NCBI GenBank assembly: GCA_038883775.1
Contig: JAVZLM010000005.1
Span: 64,001-128,000 of the forward strand
Reading direction: 5' to 3'
Source: Candidatus Bathyarchaeia archaeon
GTDB taxonomy: Archaea; Thermoproteota; Bathyarchaeia; Bathyarchaeales; Bathycorpusculaceae
Length of the DNA stretch: 64,000 nucleotides
Below are positions 40,093 to 50,453 of this stretch, piece after piece. The translations under genes were made by a program, and so were the position numbers. The first letter of the stretch is position 1, and every line of letters starts with the position of its first letter. The notes below the pieces were generated by a model. The model did no database searches, had not been told where the DNA came from, and was given only the letters and a program-made list of their open reading frames with translations.

Positions 40093-41580
40093 TTAGGCTT
40101 TTTGGATGGCTTCAGATATCTCGTAAAGCCTTCCCTGTTCCTCGTAGCCTTCAAGGAATTTCTTCTTCATCTCATCCGCAATTTTTTGCGCTAATGGTGT
40201 GGGATATTTGCCCGTTACACATGCCAAACAAAGTTGGTCACGACGGAACCCTGTGGCTTTTACGAAACCTTCTATTGACTGGTAGCAGACGGCATCAGCG
40301 CCTATTATTTTTGCTATTTCTTCCGCCGTATGCCTTGAGCCTATTAATTGCCCATAAGTTGCCATGTCTATTCCATAGAAGCATGGTCCAATGATGCGGG
40401 GAAAAGTTACAAACATGTAAACTTTCTTTGCGCCCATTCTGCGAAGTTTCTCTATAACAATTTTTGTTGTGTCGCCGCGCACTATGCTATCTTCTGTCAC
40501 TATGACACGTTTTCCTTTAACTTTAGAGGCTATAATGTTAATTTTTCTGTCTATGGTTGCATAACGCTCCCTATTTAGCAGTATAAAGGCTCTTTCTGTT
40601 ACAAAACGATGCCTCCGTGAAGCCCTCTCCCACTTTAGCCCAGACTCTTCGTGAACTCCGAAGGCTGCATCATCGCCCGTTTCTGGAATGGATATGACTA
40701 TGTCTGCGTTTTTGGCTATTTCTGGATTTTCTCTAACAAGGTTTCTTCCAAACTCTTCTCGAACTTCGTAAACATATTTGTTATCAAAGCATGAGTCGGG
40801 TCTAGCGAAATATGCAAATTCGAAAGCGCAGAAAGCCCTGCATCCGCCATTCACCAATTTTTCTCTTTCAAGTCCATTTTTTGAAACTGTTACGAGTTCG
40901 CCTGGCTCAATTTCAAAAGCTTTCTTAAAGCCGTTTATGTCTAAACCTACGGTTTCTGAAGAGAAAGCGTAAGTTGTCTTGTCTTCGCTTTGTCCAGCGC
41001 ATAATGGTCTAATGCCATTTTGGTCTTTGAAGGCGAAGAACTCACCGTTTTTTGTGATGCAAGCTACAGAAAAGGCGCCTTCAATTTCTTCCATGCACGT
41101 TTTTACTGCTGATGTAACATCCTTATTCTTCACCAACTCAATTAAAAGCTTGTGAGAAATGAGGTCTGCATCGCATTCGTAAGAAAATTTTGGAAAATAT
41201 TTGCTTATTTCCTTTTTAAGTTGAAATATGTTAACAACATTACCATTAAAAGAAACAGCCACAGCAAACCCATTTTTTAAAGCGGTAACTGGTTGAGTGC
41301 CCTTTATAAGGGATTTTTCGTCGCATTTTCCAGAAGTCGTATATCTAACGTTTGCTATGCCCACACTTCCAGGTAAACGTCCAAACCATTCTTGGATGGC
41401 GCTTGTCTTTATTTTTGGTATTAAGTCTAAGCTTCGGTGAACATGAAATTTTCCATGATCAAATGTTAAGAAGCCATGAGATTGGTGTCCTCTGTGGTTT
41501 TGAGCGCGCATTCCCCAGTAGATGTATGGGAATATGGGCTGTTCTTCAAAGTTTATTGCTCCAAATACGCCACAACCCAT
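40093..41580 (-). CDS. purF: Amidophosphoribosyltransferase
   Basis: N-terminal CGV, HRG, RYTTSG, CAFEFAYFARPDS, DSIVRG, CFYGID, CLAC. Confidence 0.95.
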   Translation of the reverse strand: MGCGVFGAINFEEQPIFPYIYWGMRAQNHRGHQSHGFLTFDHGKFHVHRSLDLIPKIKTSAIQEWFGRLPGSVGIANVRYTTSGKCDEKSLIKGTQPVTALKNGFAVAVSFNGNVVNIFQLKKEISKYFPKFSYECDADLISHKLLIELVKNKDVTSAVKTCMEEIEGAFSVACITKNGEFFAFKDQNGIRPLCAGQSEDKTTYAFSSETVGLDINGFKKAFEIEPGELVTVSKNGLEREKLVNGGCRAFCAFEFAYFARPDSCFDNKYVYEVREEFGRNLVRENPEIAKNADIVISIPETGDDAAFGVHEESGLKWERASRRHRFVTERAFILLNRERYATIDRKINIIASKVKGKRVIVTEDSIVRGDTTKIVIEKLRRMGAKKVYMFVTFPRIIGPCFYGIDMATYGQLIGSRHTAEEIAKIIGADAVCYQSIEGFVKATGFRRDQLCLACVTGKYPTPLAQKIADEMKKKFLEGYEEQGRLYEISEAIQKA

Positions 41581-41692
41581 TTTGGCCTTTCGCCCCTTGT
41601 TGCGAATAAAGAAGTTGGTGTTTATCAGTTTTTATGACATTTTTAACTAAAAAATATGTTAAATTTTACAGAACGAATGCCAACTGCCGCTT

Positions 41693-42127
41693 TTATTTTA
41701 CCGTGCTTGAGGTTATTGTTAGCTCTGCTCCTGAAATGACGTGAATCCACCAGCTCAGCGCAGTAAAAGAGTCATTGTAATAGACTATTAAGCGTGCTAT
41801 GGAGTTTATTGGAGCATCGCATGGAACGGTGCCATTCCATGTTAAAGTTTTTGTCTTGCATGGTTTAAGGGTTAAAGTTTGCGGCGTTCCACTCCAAGTC
41901 CAAGTTTCGCCTTCAAAGGCTATGTTAACAGACCATGTTCCTTCGCATTTTCCAGTATTCTTGAAAACTATTTTCACGGTGAAAGCCTCACATGGCGTTT
42001 TGTCAACAACGCCGCCGTCTTCACATGCAAAACAAAGCCATTGCGTTTCTTCTGAACGTATAGTTGAAAGGCTAAGTGTAAGAAGCAAAGCAGCTATAGC
42101 AAAAGATAGAAGATAATATCTTTTCAT
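41693..42127 (-). CDS. Secreted Ig-like beta-sandwich protein
   Basis: Signal peptide MKRYYLLSFAIAALL; KNTG..EG.W.V pattern. Confidence 0.6.
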   Translation of the reverse strand: MKRYYLLSFAIAALLLTLSLSTIRSEETQWLCFACEDGGVVDKTPCEAFTVKIVFKNTGKCEGTWSVNIAFEGETWTWSGTPQTLTLKPCKTKTLTWNGTVPCDAPINSIARLIVYYNDSFTALSWWIHVISGAELTITSSTVK

Positions 42128-42268
42128 GTTTCTCTCCTTTCCTCCACAATAATAATTTGCAAGCTCCTCTTTATCCATTCTGTAATATACCTCTATAAAA
42201 TAAAACAAGAAAAATCCTAGAGAGGGTAGGCGCTATTGCAATGGAAAAGCGCCAAAAATATGAAGAAT

Positions 42269-43597
42269 TTATGGAGTTACTCTAAACTTGTCTCGTGGAT
42301 AAAGCGTCACTTCCCTAATGTTCCTTTTACCCGTCAACATCATCGTCAACCGTTCCAAACCAATGGCCCAACCAGCATGCGGAGGCATCCCAAAATCAAA
42401 AGCCTGCAGATGAAATTTGAAGGCTTCGGGGTTTAAGCCCTTCTCTTGCAGACGTTTTATTAAAAGCTCTTTTGTTGCAATTCTTGTTCCGCCAGAAACA
42501 AGCTCAAGCCAACGCCACATTAAATCGAAGCCTTCGCAAATTTCTGGTTTGTCATCCCGCGGTTTTATGTAAAAAGCTTTGGAATGAGTAGGCCAGTCGG
42601 TTATGAAATAGAAGTAGGGATGAATTTTTCCAAGAGTTCTCAGGGCTGGGGTTGGAATGTCTTCTCCCCATGGAACATTTACGCCTTCCCTTTCCAATTC
42701 TTTGAGAACCTCATCGTAAGTTAACCGTTTAAACGGAACCTTAGGCACATCAATTTTGTGTTTTAGCAAACCTAACTCTTTTTGGCATTTTTCATTCACA
42801 ACTTTGCAAACATGCTGCATTAACCTTTCAAGCAACTGCATCACATCTTCAGCGTCCGCAAAGGCTTGCTCAATATCGATGGAAACAAACTCGCTGGTGT
42901 GAAAGCGTGTATGCGATTCTTCAGCCCTAAAAAAGGGACCCACCTCGAAAACTTTTTCGAGGCTCATGACAAGCTGCTCTTTATACAATTGTGGACTTTG
43001 GGCGAGAAAGGCTTTCCTTCCAAAATAGTCTACGGGAAATAGTGCTGCTCCGCCTTCAGTGGCGGAAGCAATAATCCTTGGCGTGTGCACTTCTATGAAG
43101 CCTCTTTCGAAGAGGAAGTCTCGAATGGCTTCTACGGCTGTGTGTTGAATTTTGAAAACTGCTATGTTTTTGTCTTGGCAGAGGTCTAAGGCTCTTGCAT
43201 CCAACCGCGTTTCCAAACTTGCAGGAGTTTTTCCTGTAATGTCTATGGGCAGTTGGGGAGCCGCTGTGCCAAAAATTTTAATTTCCTTCGGTATGACTTC
43301 GACCCCTCTGGGGGTTACTTCTGTTTTCTTCACTGTTCCCTTCACGCCGATACTATACCTTTTCTGCAAAACATCAGACCTCGACAAAACTTCGTTTGGA
43401 ACTTTCTTTCGTGGTATAGTGATTTGGATGGTGCCTTCTCTGTCTTGCAATATTATAAATCGAATTCCACCTAAATCTCTGATTTCTTGAATCCAACCGA
43501 AAAGCGTAACTTCTGAACCATCCATTTCAGGCTTTACGTTAACCGAATAATGGGTTCTACGCCAATCACCAATGGAATCCAATTTCATATACTGCAC
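42269..43597 (-). CDS. aspS: Aspartate--tRNA ligase (archaeal type)
   Basis: RDLGG, ATEGGA, LAQSPQLYK, FRAE, GMPPHAG.AIGLER. Confidence 0.96.
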   Translation of the reverse strand: MQYMKLDSIGDWRRTHYSVNVKPEMDGSEVTLFGWIQEIRDLGGIRFIILQDREGTIQITIPRKKVPNEVLSRSDVLQKRYSIGVKGTVKKTEVTPRGVEVIPKEIKIFGTAAPQLPIDITGKTPASLETRLDARALDLCQDKNIAVFKIQHTAVEAIRDFLFERGFIEVHTPRIIASATEGGAALFPVDYFGRKAFLAQSPQLYKEQLVMSLEKVFEVGPFFRAEESHTRFHTSEFVSIDIEQAFADAEDVMQLLERLMQHVCKVVNEKCQKELGLLKHKIDVPKVPFKRLTYDEVLKELEREGVNVPWGEDIPTPALRTLGKIHPYFYFITDWPTHSKAFYIKPRDDKPEICEGFDLMWRWLELVSGGTRIATKELLIKRLQEKGLNPEAFKFHLQAFDFGMPPHAGWAIGLERLTMMLTGKRNIREVTLYPRDKFRVTP

Positions 43598-43607
43598 CCA
43601 TCAAACC

Positions 43608-44117
43608 CTAATCTGCAAACTCAACCCGCAAAGTCATGTTGCGAACTTTACGAGCAATCTCCTTTAAAGCTTTTACATCAAAAGGAGGCTGCGAACCGCG
43701 CCTCTTCTTTAGGATTACTCTGGTCTCGGTGGTTCCATCTGGAAGCCAAATAGTGTTAATGGTAATTATGCTCAGAGGAGCAAACAAGTCTTCCAAAAAT
43801 TTTCTGTCATCCACTCCATGCTCCAAAACACGAATACTCTTACCAACTTCTTCGCCCAAAGTCTTTATTATTTTGCCGCCATAACCCAAAAGACGCGGAA
43901 CATCGCCGGGTCCAACAATCACTGCCAAAGTTTTGCCAGCATCAACCGCCTTACGAAAATAAACGTTCTGAAGGGAAGGAAATTTCTCTTCCAAGGATAA
44001 GAGTAAACGGGCAATTTTCAAGTCTAATTCTGTTATTTCGCCAGACTTAACTTTAGCTAAACACTTTTGGCACAGTATACCACTTTTTAAACAGAAGCTG
44101 CATAATTCTGTTTTCAC
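43608..44117 (-). CDS. Archaeal NusA-like KH-domain protein with zinc finger
   Basis: CSFCLKSGILCQKC; KH GxxG LLGYGGK. Confidence 0.8.
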   Translation of the reverse strand: MKTELCSFCLKSGILCQKCLAKVKSGEITELDLKIARLLLSLEEKFPSLQNVYFRKAVDAGKTLAVIVGPGDVPRLLGYGGKIIKTLGEEVGKSIRVLEHGVDDRKFLEDLFAPLSIITINTIWLPDGTTETRVILKKRRGSQPPFDVKALKEIARKVRNMTLRVEFAD

Positions 44118-44190
44118 CTAGAAAGGCGCCCTCCACAAATAAAGGAGGGGCGGCGGAGCATTGCAAACTTTGCTTTGAGAGTTGCTGAAT

Positions 44191-44469
44191 TTAGCGCTCT
44201 AGCGTTATTTCGATGGTGCTAACGTTTGTGGGCGTGCCACCCTCTTCTCTGGGTGCCACCTGCTCTGTTCCCACACCAACTTTCTTGATTTTCACATCTG
44301 GTAGGAATCGGCGTCTGACAACTTCAACGACATCAACCGCTCGGCTTATGGCTCTTCCTCTTGCTTTAATATTCACTTCTTTTGCTCCGCCGTGAAAGAG
44401 GGTTATGCAAGCCAGTACATAGTTCATTACTGGCTTTCTCCCGATCAGCACTGAGTTGCTTTCTGACAT
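44191..44469 (-). CDS. albA: DNA/RNA-binding protein Alba
   Basis: [32 protein letters not shown]. Confidence 0.97.
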   Translation of the reverse strand: MSESNSVLIGRKPVMNYVLACITLFHGGAKEVNIKARGRAISRAVDVVEVVRRRFLPDVKIKKVGVGTEQVAPREEGGTPTNVSTIEITLER

Positions 44470-44677
44470 TTTGTACCGCCTCACTCCTAGTTTTCACGTT
44501 TTCTATGGCTTCATAACCTTTTTTATCGATAAATAAATACATTACGGTTTTTACTTCTATTCAAAAACAAAAACTCAAAAAATAATGTAGTTTAACGCTT
44601 TATCTTTGCTAAACTTTTAAATAAGCGGTACTAATGTAAAACCTAAACTTAACAAAAAGTTCAAAAAGGGAAACGCT

Positions 44678-45136
44678 TTGGAAGCACTTACAAGACGTTC
44701 GATCCAATTGTTGCGAATGCTCTATGAAAAAGGAAAATCCACCAGCACCTATACACTTCATGTGAAACAGGATGAGCTGGCAAAACAGCTTGGAATAAGC
44801 AGGCAAGCCTTAAACATTCACCTTCGAAAACTCAGAGACCTAAATTATATACGCACTGGAAGAGGGTTCATAGACGTAACCGAAAAAGGATTAGAAGCGC
44901 TTGGCGTATCAGCAAATCCCGCCTTTGTATTCCTCAAGGTTTCGCCTCACAAGCGAATGTACGCTTACGAGAAAGTTAAAGAACTCGCCCTCCAAAGGGC
45001 CTTCAGAATAGCAGGCGATGTAGACGCCTTATTAATAGTCGATAGGGGTAAGCTTGACGAAGTTTTAAAAAGGTTAGCTTCTATTGATGGTATACAAGAC
45101 ACAAAATCCTACGTCACAATAGAAGCCATAAAATGA
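44678..45136 (+). CDS. Lrp/AsnC-family transcriptional regulator
   Basis: HTH QDELAKQLGISRQAL; C-terminal RAM domain IAGDVD. Confidence 0.85.
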   Translation: MEALTRRSIQLLRMLYEKGKSTSTYTLHVKQDELAKQLGISRQALNIHLRKLRDLNYIRTGRGFIDVTEKGLEALGVSANPAFVFLKVSPHKRMYAYEKVKELALQRAFRIAGDVDALLIVDRGKLDEVLKRLASIDGIQDTKSYVTIEAIK

Positions 45137-45147
45137 GGGAATGCAAG

Positions 45148-46296
45148 ATGAAGCTTTTCGAATATGAAGCAAAAAACATACTCGCAAAATACGGAATACC
45201 AATACCAAAAGGAGGATTAGCCACAACCCCGAACCAAGCCAAGGAAGTGGCAAGCCAAATAAAACCGCCCTTCGCCGTTAAAGCCCAAGTGCTGGTTGCT
45301 GGAAGGGGCAAAGCTGGCGGAATCCTCTTCCCAGATACTATTGAAGGAGTTGAGGAAGTCGCTGAGAAATTGCTTAACATGCAAATAAAAGGGATACCAG
45401 TAAAGAGCCTATGGATTGAGGAACAAATACGGATAAAAAGGGAATTGTATTTTGGCATAACAACGGACAGATTCCATCAAAGCTATATCGCAATAGCCTC
45501 ATCAGTTGGCGGAATGGAAATTGAAGAAGTAGCCCAAAAATCTCCAGAAAAAGTCATAAAATTTCCAATAAATCCTCAATTGGGCTTTCGTTCTTTCCAT
45601 GCCAGAGAAATAGCAAGAAAAATGGGGTATGCTGGCGGTCAACTTTCAGAAATTGCAAGAATCTTTGAAACACTGTATAAAATTGGAATGGATCACGATG
45701 CTGAATTAATTGAAATGAACCCGCTGGTGGAAACCGTTGATGGAAAATTTGTAGCAGCAGACGCCCGCATAATAATTGATGATAACGCTTTATTCCGCCA
45801 CCAAGAATACAAAAAGAGACTTTTAGAAGGCGAAAGCGAACTAACCCCAGAAGAAATAGAAGCCATAAAAAACGACCTAGCCTACGTCAAACTAGACGGA
45901 AACATAGGCGTTATAGGCAACGGAGCAGGTCTTGTAATGGCAACCTTGGACACAATTCAATATTATGGCGGAAAACCAGCCAACTTCTTAGATGTGGGCG
46001 GAGGAGCACCAGCAGAAAAAATCGCCACAGCCCTAAAAATAGTGCTTTTAGACCCAAATGTTAAGACGCTTTTCATAAACATTTTAGGCGGAATAACAAG
46101 ATGCGACGAAGTTGCAAAGGGAATACTAGAGGCGAAAATAAAAGTTGGCGTAACAAAACCCATGGTTATTAGGCTTGTAGGCACAAATGAGGAAGAAGGA
46201 AAAAGGATACTGAAAGAAGCTGGAATCCACGTTTTAGAAAGCATGGAAGAAGCCGCACAAAAAGCAGTCGAAATCTCAAAGCATGGAGGAGAATAA
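45148..46296 (+). CDS. sucC: Succinyl-CoA synthetase beta subunit
   Basis: [40 protein letters not shown]. Confidence 0.96.
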   Translation: MKLFEYEAKNILAKYGIPIPKGGLATTPNQAKEVASQIKPPFAVKAQVLVAGRGKAGGILFPDTIEGVEEVAEKLLNMQIKGIPVKSLWIEEQIRIKRELYFGITTDRFHQSYIAIASSVGGMEIEEVAQKSPEKVIKFPINPQLGFRSFHAREIARKMGYAGGQLSEIARIFETLYKIGMDHDAELIEMNPLVETVDGKFVAADARIIIDDNALFRHQEYKKRLLEGESELTPEEIEAIKNDLAYVKLDGNIGVIGNGAGLVMATLDTIQYYGGKPANFLDVGGGAPAEKIATALKIVLLDPNVKTLFINILGGITRCDEVAKGILEAKIKVGVTKPMVIRLVGTNEEEGKRILKEAGIHVLESMEEAAQKAVEISKHGGE

Positions 46297-46297
46297 T

Positions 46298-47158
46298 TTG
46301 GGAATAATAATAGGAAAAGATACACGCGCCATAGTTCAAGGAATAACAGGAGCCCAAGGAAGCTTTCACACAAAACTCATGCTTGAATATGGAACAAAAA
46401 TAGTGGCGGGAGTAACTCCTGGAAAAGGTGGAACCCAAGTTCATGGAATTCCAGTTTATGATACTGTGAAAGAAGCCCAAGAAAAGCATTCAGCCAACGC
46501 CTCAATAATTTTTGTTCCAGCCCCCTTCGCTGCAGATGCAGCCCTAGAAGCGCTTGAAAATGGGATAAGAACTATTGTGATAATAACGGAGCACATCCCA
46601 ATAAAAGACGCAATAAACCTAATGGCAGCCGCAAAACAACTAAAAGCAACAATAATCGGACCAAACACGCCTGGCATAATCACGCCAGAAGAAAGCAAAC
46701 TTGGAATAATGCCAGCCCACATTTTCAAAAAAGGTAGCATAGGGATGGTTTCAAGAAGCGGAACCCTAACATACGAAATAGCAGCAAGCCTAACAAAGAA
46801 AGGTTTGGGACAATCCACATGCCTAGGCTTGGGAGGAGACCCAATAACGGGTTTAAACTTCATAGATGCATTAAAAATGTTTAAAGAAGACCCTCAAACA
46901 AATGCTGTGGTCTTGATTGGAGAGATAGGCGGAAACCTCGAAGAACTCGCCGCAGAATATATACAAAAAGAAAGATATTCAAAGCCAGTTGTAGCCTTCA
47001 TAGCTGGCCGCTCCGCTCCCCCTGGGAAACGCATGGGGCATGCTGGAGCAATAGTGATGGGAAAAGCTGGAACTGCGGAAAGCAAAATAGATGCCTTCAA
47101 AAAAGCCGGTGTGAAAGTGGCTGAAAAACCAAGCGACGTAGCAGAATTGCTGAAATGA
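46298..47158 (+). CDS. sucD: Succinyl-CoA synthetase alpha subunit
   Basis: [30 protein letters not shown]. Confidence 0.96.
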   Translation: MGIIIGKDTRAIVQGITGAQGSFHTKLMLEYGTKIVAGVTPGKGGTQVHGIPVYDTVKEAQEKHSANASIIFVPAPFAADAALEALENGIRTIVIITEHIPIKDAINLMAAAKQLKATIIGPNTPGIITPEESKLGIMPAHIFKKGSIGMVSRSGTLTYEIAASLTKKGLGQSTCLGLGGDPITGLNFIDALKMFKEDPQTNAVVLIGEIGGNLEELAAEYIQKERYSKPVVAFIAGRSAPPGKRMGHAGAIVMGKAGTAESKIDAFKKAGVKVAEKPSDVAELLK

Positions 47159-47261
47159 ATTCGCAGTCGGAAAAACTGTAATGAGGCACTCATTAAAAAT
47201 GCAAAAAGTATATTTTCCAGTATAATATCTCACTTTTAGCAATTCATTAGAGGAAAACAAA

Positions 47262-47423
47262 ATGCCAATAATGGATCCGCTTAAAAAAACTCTCGCCCAG
47301 AAACACAGATTATATATGAAAATATGCAGAGAATGCGGCGCCAGAAATGCTGCAACCGCAGTTAAATGCAGAAAATGCCGAAGCAAAAACCTACGTTGGA
47401 AGAAAAGAGAACTCGTAAAGTAA
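47262..47423 (+). CDS. rpl40e: 50S ribosomal protein L40e (absent from the ORF track)
   Basis: MPIMDPLKKTLAQKHRLYMKICRECGARNAATAVKCRKCRSKNLRWKKRELVK. Confidence 0.95.
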   Translation: MPIMDPLKKTLAQKHRLYMKICRECGARNAATAVKCRKCRSKNLRWKKRELVK

Positions 47424-47503
47424 TTTTCCTCTAACTTCTCTACTCAGTTGATTGGTTATTGAATGCGAAAATTACATATATGATAAATTCCATATTTATA
47501 AAA

Positions 47504-47522
47504 TAGGCTGTTCGAAGATTAA
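47504..47522 (+). repeat. Left terminal inverted repeat
   Basis: TAGGCTGTTCGAAGATTAA, with imperfect extension AAACTTTTATATA. Confidence 0.92.
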
Positions 47523-47627
47523 AAACTTTTATATATAACTGTCATATTACTATTATTTGGTTGCCATATGGCTATTATATAATCCCAGAAGGATGGAAAA
47601 CCACCCCTCTGGAGGAGTTGACAACCC

Positions 47628-48632
47628 GTGGTAGCGAGCCTCAACTCCAATATGCCCAGTCATATTCAGAGTGATAAATGTCTTTCGTTAGAGTTTTTGT
47701 TTGACAATGTGGATTTTTTGTTTGTTTGGAAGATTGTTATGAAAAAGTATCATTTGCGTGGGAGACCTCATGACCCTATTGCTATGTTTAAGGCTTTGCT
47801 TTTGAAGGAGATGAGGCAGTTTTCTTCTCGTCGGAAATTGGTGGAGTTTCTTAGGCGTGATTCTTTTTGGTTGAGAAAGTGTGGTTTTGAGCAGCCGCCG
47901 AGCCATAATAGTTTTTCTGATTTTGTTGATAGGGTTGGGGCAGATGCTACTGAGCAGCTTTTCTATCATTTGGTCAATGAAATAAGGAAACTTAAGAAGA
48001 TTGGGGAAATCGTCTCAATAGACTCCACACCTTTGAAAGCATATGCACATTTTTGGAAGAATAGGGAATGCTCTGACCCTGATGCCAAGTGGGGATATAG
48101 TCCTACGGCGGAGTGGGTTTTCGGTTATAAAGTTCACTTAGCCGTTGATGCAGATTCAGAACTTCCTTTGGCATTTATTGTTACACCAGCCAATATTTAT
48201 GATAGTGTAGAATATCCTGAACTTTTAAACAAACTGATTCAGATGGGAATACAGCCAAAAATAGTTCTTGCGGACGCAGGATACGACTCCAAGAAAAACT
48301 ATCTGCTAACTCTAAAATGTGGAGCTACTCCAATCATTGCACTTAACAAGCGAAAAATGAAGAGAAGGAAAACAAGGGATTTCGAACGTATCTTGCCGAT
48401 AAAACGAAAAAGTGAACGTTGGAAGTCTCTTTACAGAAAGAGAAGCAGTGCTGAAAGAGTCATTTCACGGCTGAAAGAAGAGTTAGCTTTGAGAGACGTA
48501 AAAGTGAGAGGATTGAACAATGTGCGAATTCACGTAGCATTCTCTTTAATAGCAATGTTAACCGTAGCCCTCGTTGCCTTAAAAACCGGAAATGGACACA
48601 AAGCGACAAGTGTAAACTCATTTAGATTCTAA
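47628..48632 (+). CDS. DDE transposase (IS4/IS5/IS1182-like superfamily)
   Basis: SIDST, GYKVHL, LADAGYDS, Y-x2-R-x3-E-x6-K (YRKRSSAERVISRLK); RBS GGAGGAG. Confidence 0.93.
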   Translation: MVASLNSNMPSHIQSDKCLSLEFLFDNVDFLFVWKIVMKKYHLRGRPHDPIAMFKALLLKEMRQFSSRRKLVEFLRRDSFWLRKCGFEQPPSHNSFSDFVDRVGADATEQLFYHLVNEIRKLKKIGEIVSIDSTPLKAYAHFWKNRECSDPDAKWGYSPTAEWVFGYKVHLAVDADSELPLAFIVTPANIYDSVEYPELLNKLIQMGIQPKIVLADAGYDSKKNYLLTLKCGATPIIALNKRKMKRRKTRDFERILPIKRKSERWKSLYRKRSSAERVISRLKEELALRDVKVRGLNNVRIHVAFSLIAMLTVALVALKTGNGHKATSVNSFRF

Positions 48633-48940
48633 TCGGTATTCATAGTTACTCATGCACGAGGAGCTGCCAGTATTTTACTCATTGTTTGGAGTGTGCAAGA
48701 AAACCAGAGAAAAACATTATTGAAGGTGTGGGCACACATTAGATATTCGATTGGTTAATGCAAAGGCGAAAAGCAATTCGCTTACTTTAAATTCTACTAA
48801 ATATTACTTGTAACAGGTGTTTTATGCTCTATTACACTATCCTATTTTGAGAAAGCTTAAAATCCTTTTTTGAGATAACTTTATAAGCAACTCTGTATCT
48901 TATTTTAGGATGTAAATAAGCATAACAACGTAAGTAGGAG

Positions 48941-49618
48941 GTGAAAATCTTGCCGAAGTTAGGAAATATGGTGTATCCATATATTAAACTTAGCCGTGCT
49001 ATTGAAATCGCCAGACGTATTTGTGAGAGTCCATACAAAGGAGAAATCAGCGTTAGTGGTCTTGCTCAAGAACTTAAAATGTCAGAGAAAGGCGGAGGTT
49101 TCCTTTATCTCGTAGCTTCCTTGCGAGACTATGGATTAGTTGAGGGGACGGGCACTCTTAGAGCGACGGAAATAGCTAAGAAAATCGTAGCAGGAACTCC
49201 TGAAGAAATGAGTAAGAGTCGAGTAGAAAGCTTCCTAAAAGTTGAGCTTTTTAAGAGTCTTAAAGAGAAAATAGGCACAGAGGTTCCAGAAATAGAGCAG
49301 TTTTCTGTCATTTTAAGAGATTTAACGAAAGCAGACCCGCTTAAAGTAAAAAATGTCGCAGAAACAATCCGTAATCTTTATTTAGACGGAGTTCCTTACA
49401 TTAAAGCACTTGAAGAGGCTAAAAAAGAGGAGATTAAAATGACCAAAGAAACTGCAACAGCCCAAGTTGACATATCTACGGCAAAACCGCCTATGCTTGA
49501 AGAACTGAAGTTTGGAGAAAATGTTAGAATATGGCTTCCCAAAGAGAACATCAAAGAGGAATGGAAAAAAGCCAAAAAGATGGTTGATATCTATCTCGGT
49601 ATTGAAGAGGGGAGATAA
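48941..49618 (+). CDS. Hypothetical protein with N-terminal wHTH-like domain
   Basis: YPYIKLSRAI..LAQEL..GGGF..VASLRDYGLV. Confidence 0.7.
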   Translation: MKILPKLGNMVYPYIKLSRAIEIARRICESPYKGEISVSGLAQELKMSEKGGGFLYLVASLRDYGLVEGTGTLRATEIAKKIVAGTPEEMSKSRVESFLKVELFKSLKEKIGTEVPEIEQFSVILRDLTKADPLKVKNVAETIRNLYLDGVPYIKALEEAKKEEIKMTKETATAQVDISTAKPPMLEELKFGENVRIWLPKENIKEEWKKAKKMVDIYLGIEEGR

Positions 49619-49733
49619 TTCCTCTTTTCCCTTAATTTTTTGTAGAGGCATACCTCTTGAAAATTTAAAGCCCATTTTTAGAGTGAACGAATTTTCAATC
49701 TTAGTTTGGATGCAAAAGCAGGAAAAAGAGAGA

Positions 49734-50009
49734 TTAATAAATTTTGAGTTTTCCTTTAATCTGATTAACAGTGTCTCTAATCTCTTTTAGGTCCTTTTGG
49801 ATTTCATCTACATCTTTTGAAACCAGTGATACTTTCATGTATAAAGCACCTGCTCCAAAGGCGACTGAAATCCAAGGCACATTAGCCAAAATATCCTCAA
49901 ATGGAGGGTCTAATCTCAACAACATTTTGATAATCCATATAACGAGTATAGCAAAAGCTATAAGGAAAATCAAATTACTAAGCGATTCTTGCTTTTTTCT
50001 TCTCGCCAT
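49734..50009 (-). CDS. Small 2-TM protein with C-terminal coiled coil
   Basis: Two hydrophobic helices then heptads VDEIQKDLKEIRDTVNQIKGKL; AGGTGA RBS. Confidence 0.7.
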   Translation of the reverse strand: MARRKKQESLSNLIFLIAFAILVIWIIKMLLRLDPPFEDILANVPWISVAFGAGALYMKVSLVSKDVDEIQKDLKEIRDTVNQIKGKLKIY

Positions 50010-50098
50010 TTTATCACCTAAATCTATTCACTCTATTTTAACAATTAACATTTTCTGAAAATCATAAAATATCTTAACATTGCCTATGAAAAACCAGT

Positions 50099-50359
50099 TC
50101 AAGTATCTCCCAGAGCAATTTCTTCTACAATATCTTGTGGGGATTTTAATTGGTAGGTTCTTTTTCTGGCATCGTTGGGGTCTAAAAATGTTTTAAGCCA
50201 TCCGTGCTTTCTTAAATCAGACAAAATCACACTGACAGTCTTATCGTCTTTCTCTTTTAGCAGACGCCTTGCCTCGTCAAAATCGAAATTTTGATTCTTT
50301 TTCTCTTTCCAAAGCTTGGCATAGCGAAGAAATAACCATTTAGGAAGGGGGTTAGTCAT
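50099..50359 (-). CDS. Small winged-helix regulator
   Basis: VSVILSDLRKHGWL...DPNDARKRTYQL (MarR-like wing). Confidence 0.8.
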   Translation of the reverse strand: MTNPLPKWLFLRYAKLWKEKKNQNFDFDEARRLLKEKDDKTVSVILSDLRKHGWLKTFLDPNDARKRTYQLKSPQDIVEEIALGDT

Positions 50360-50453
50360 GTTTATCCCAGTCCTTTAGTTATCTGTTAAGCGCTATATTT
50401 ATATACTACGTAAGCTATTAGCTTGTATGACAAGCAAACAACAAACCATATGA

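Noticed and set aside
47504-48900. Simple ~1.3-kb IS ending just after the transposase
   Set aside because: No copy of the inverted repeat was found after the transposase; the matching TIR and target duplication are at 58813-58837
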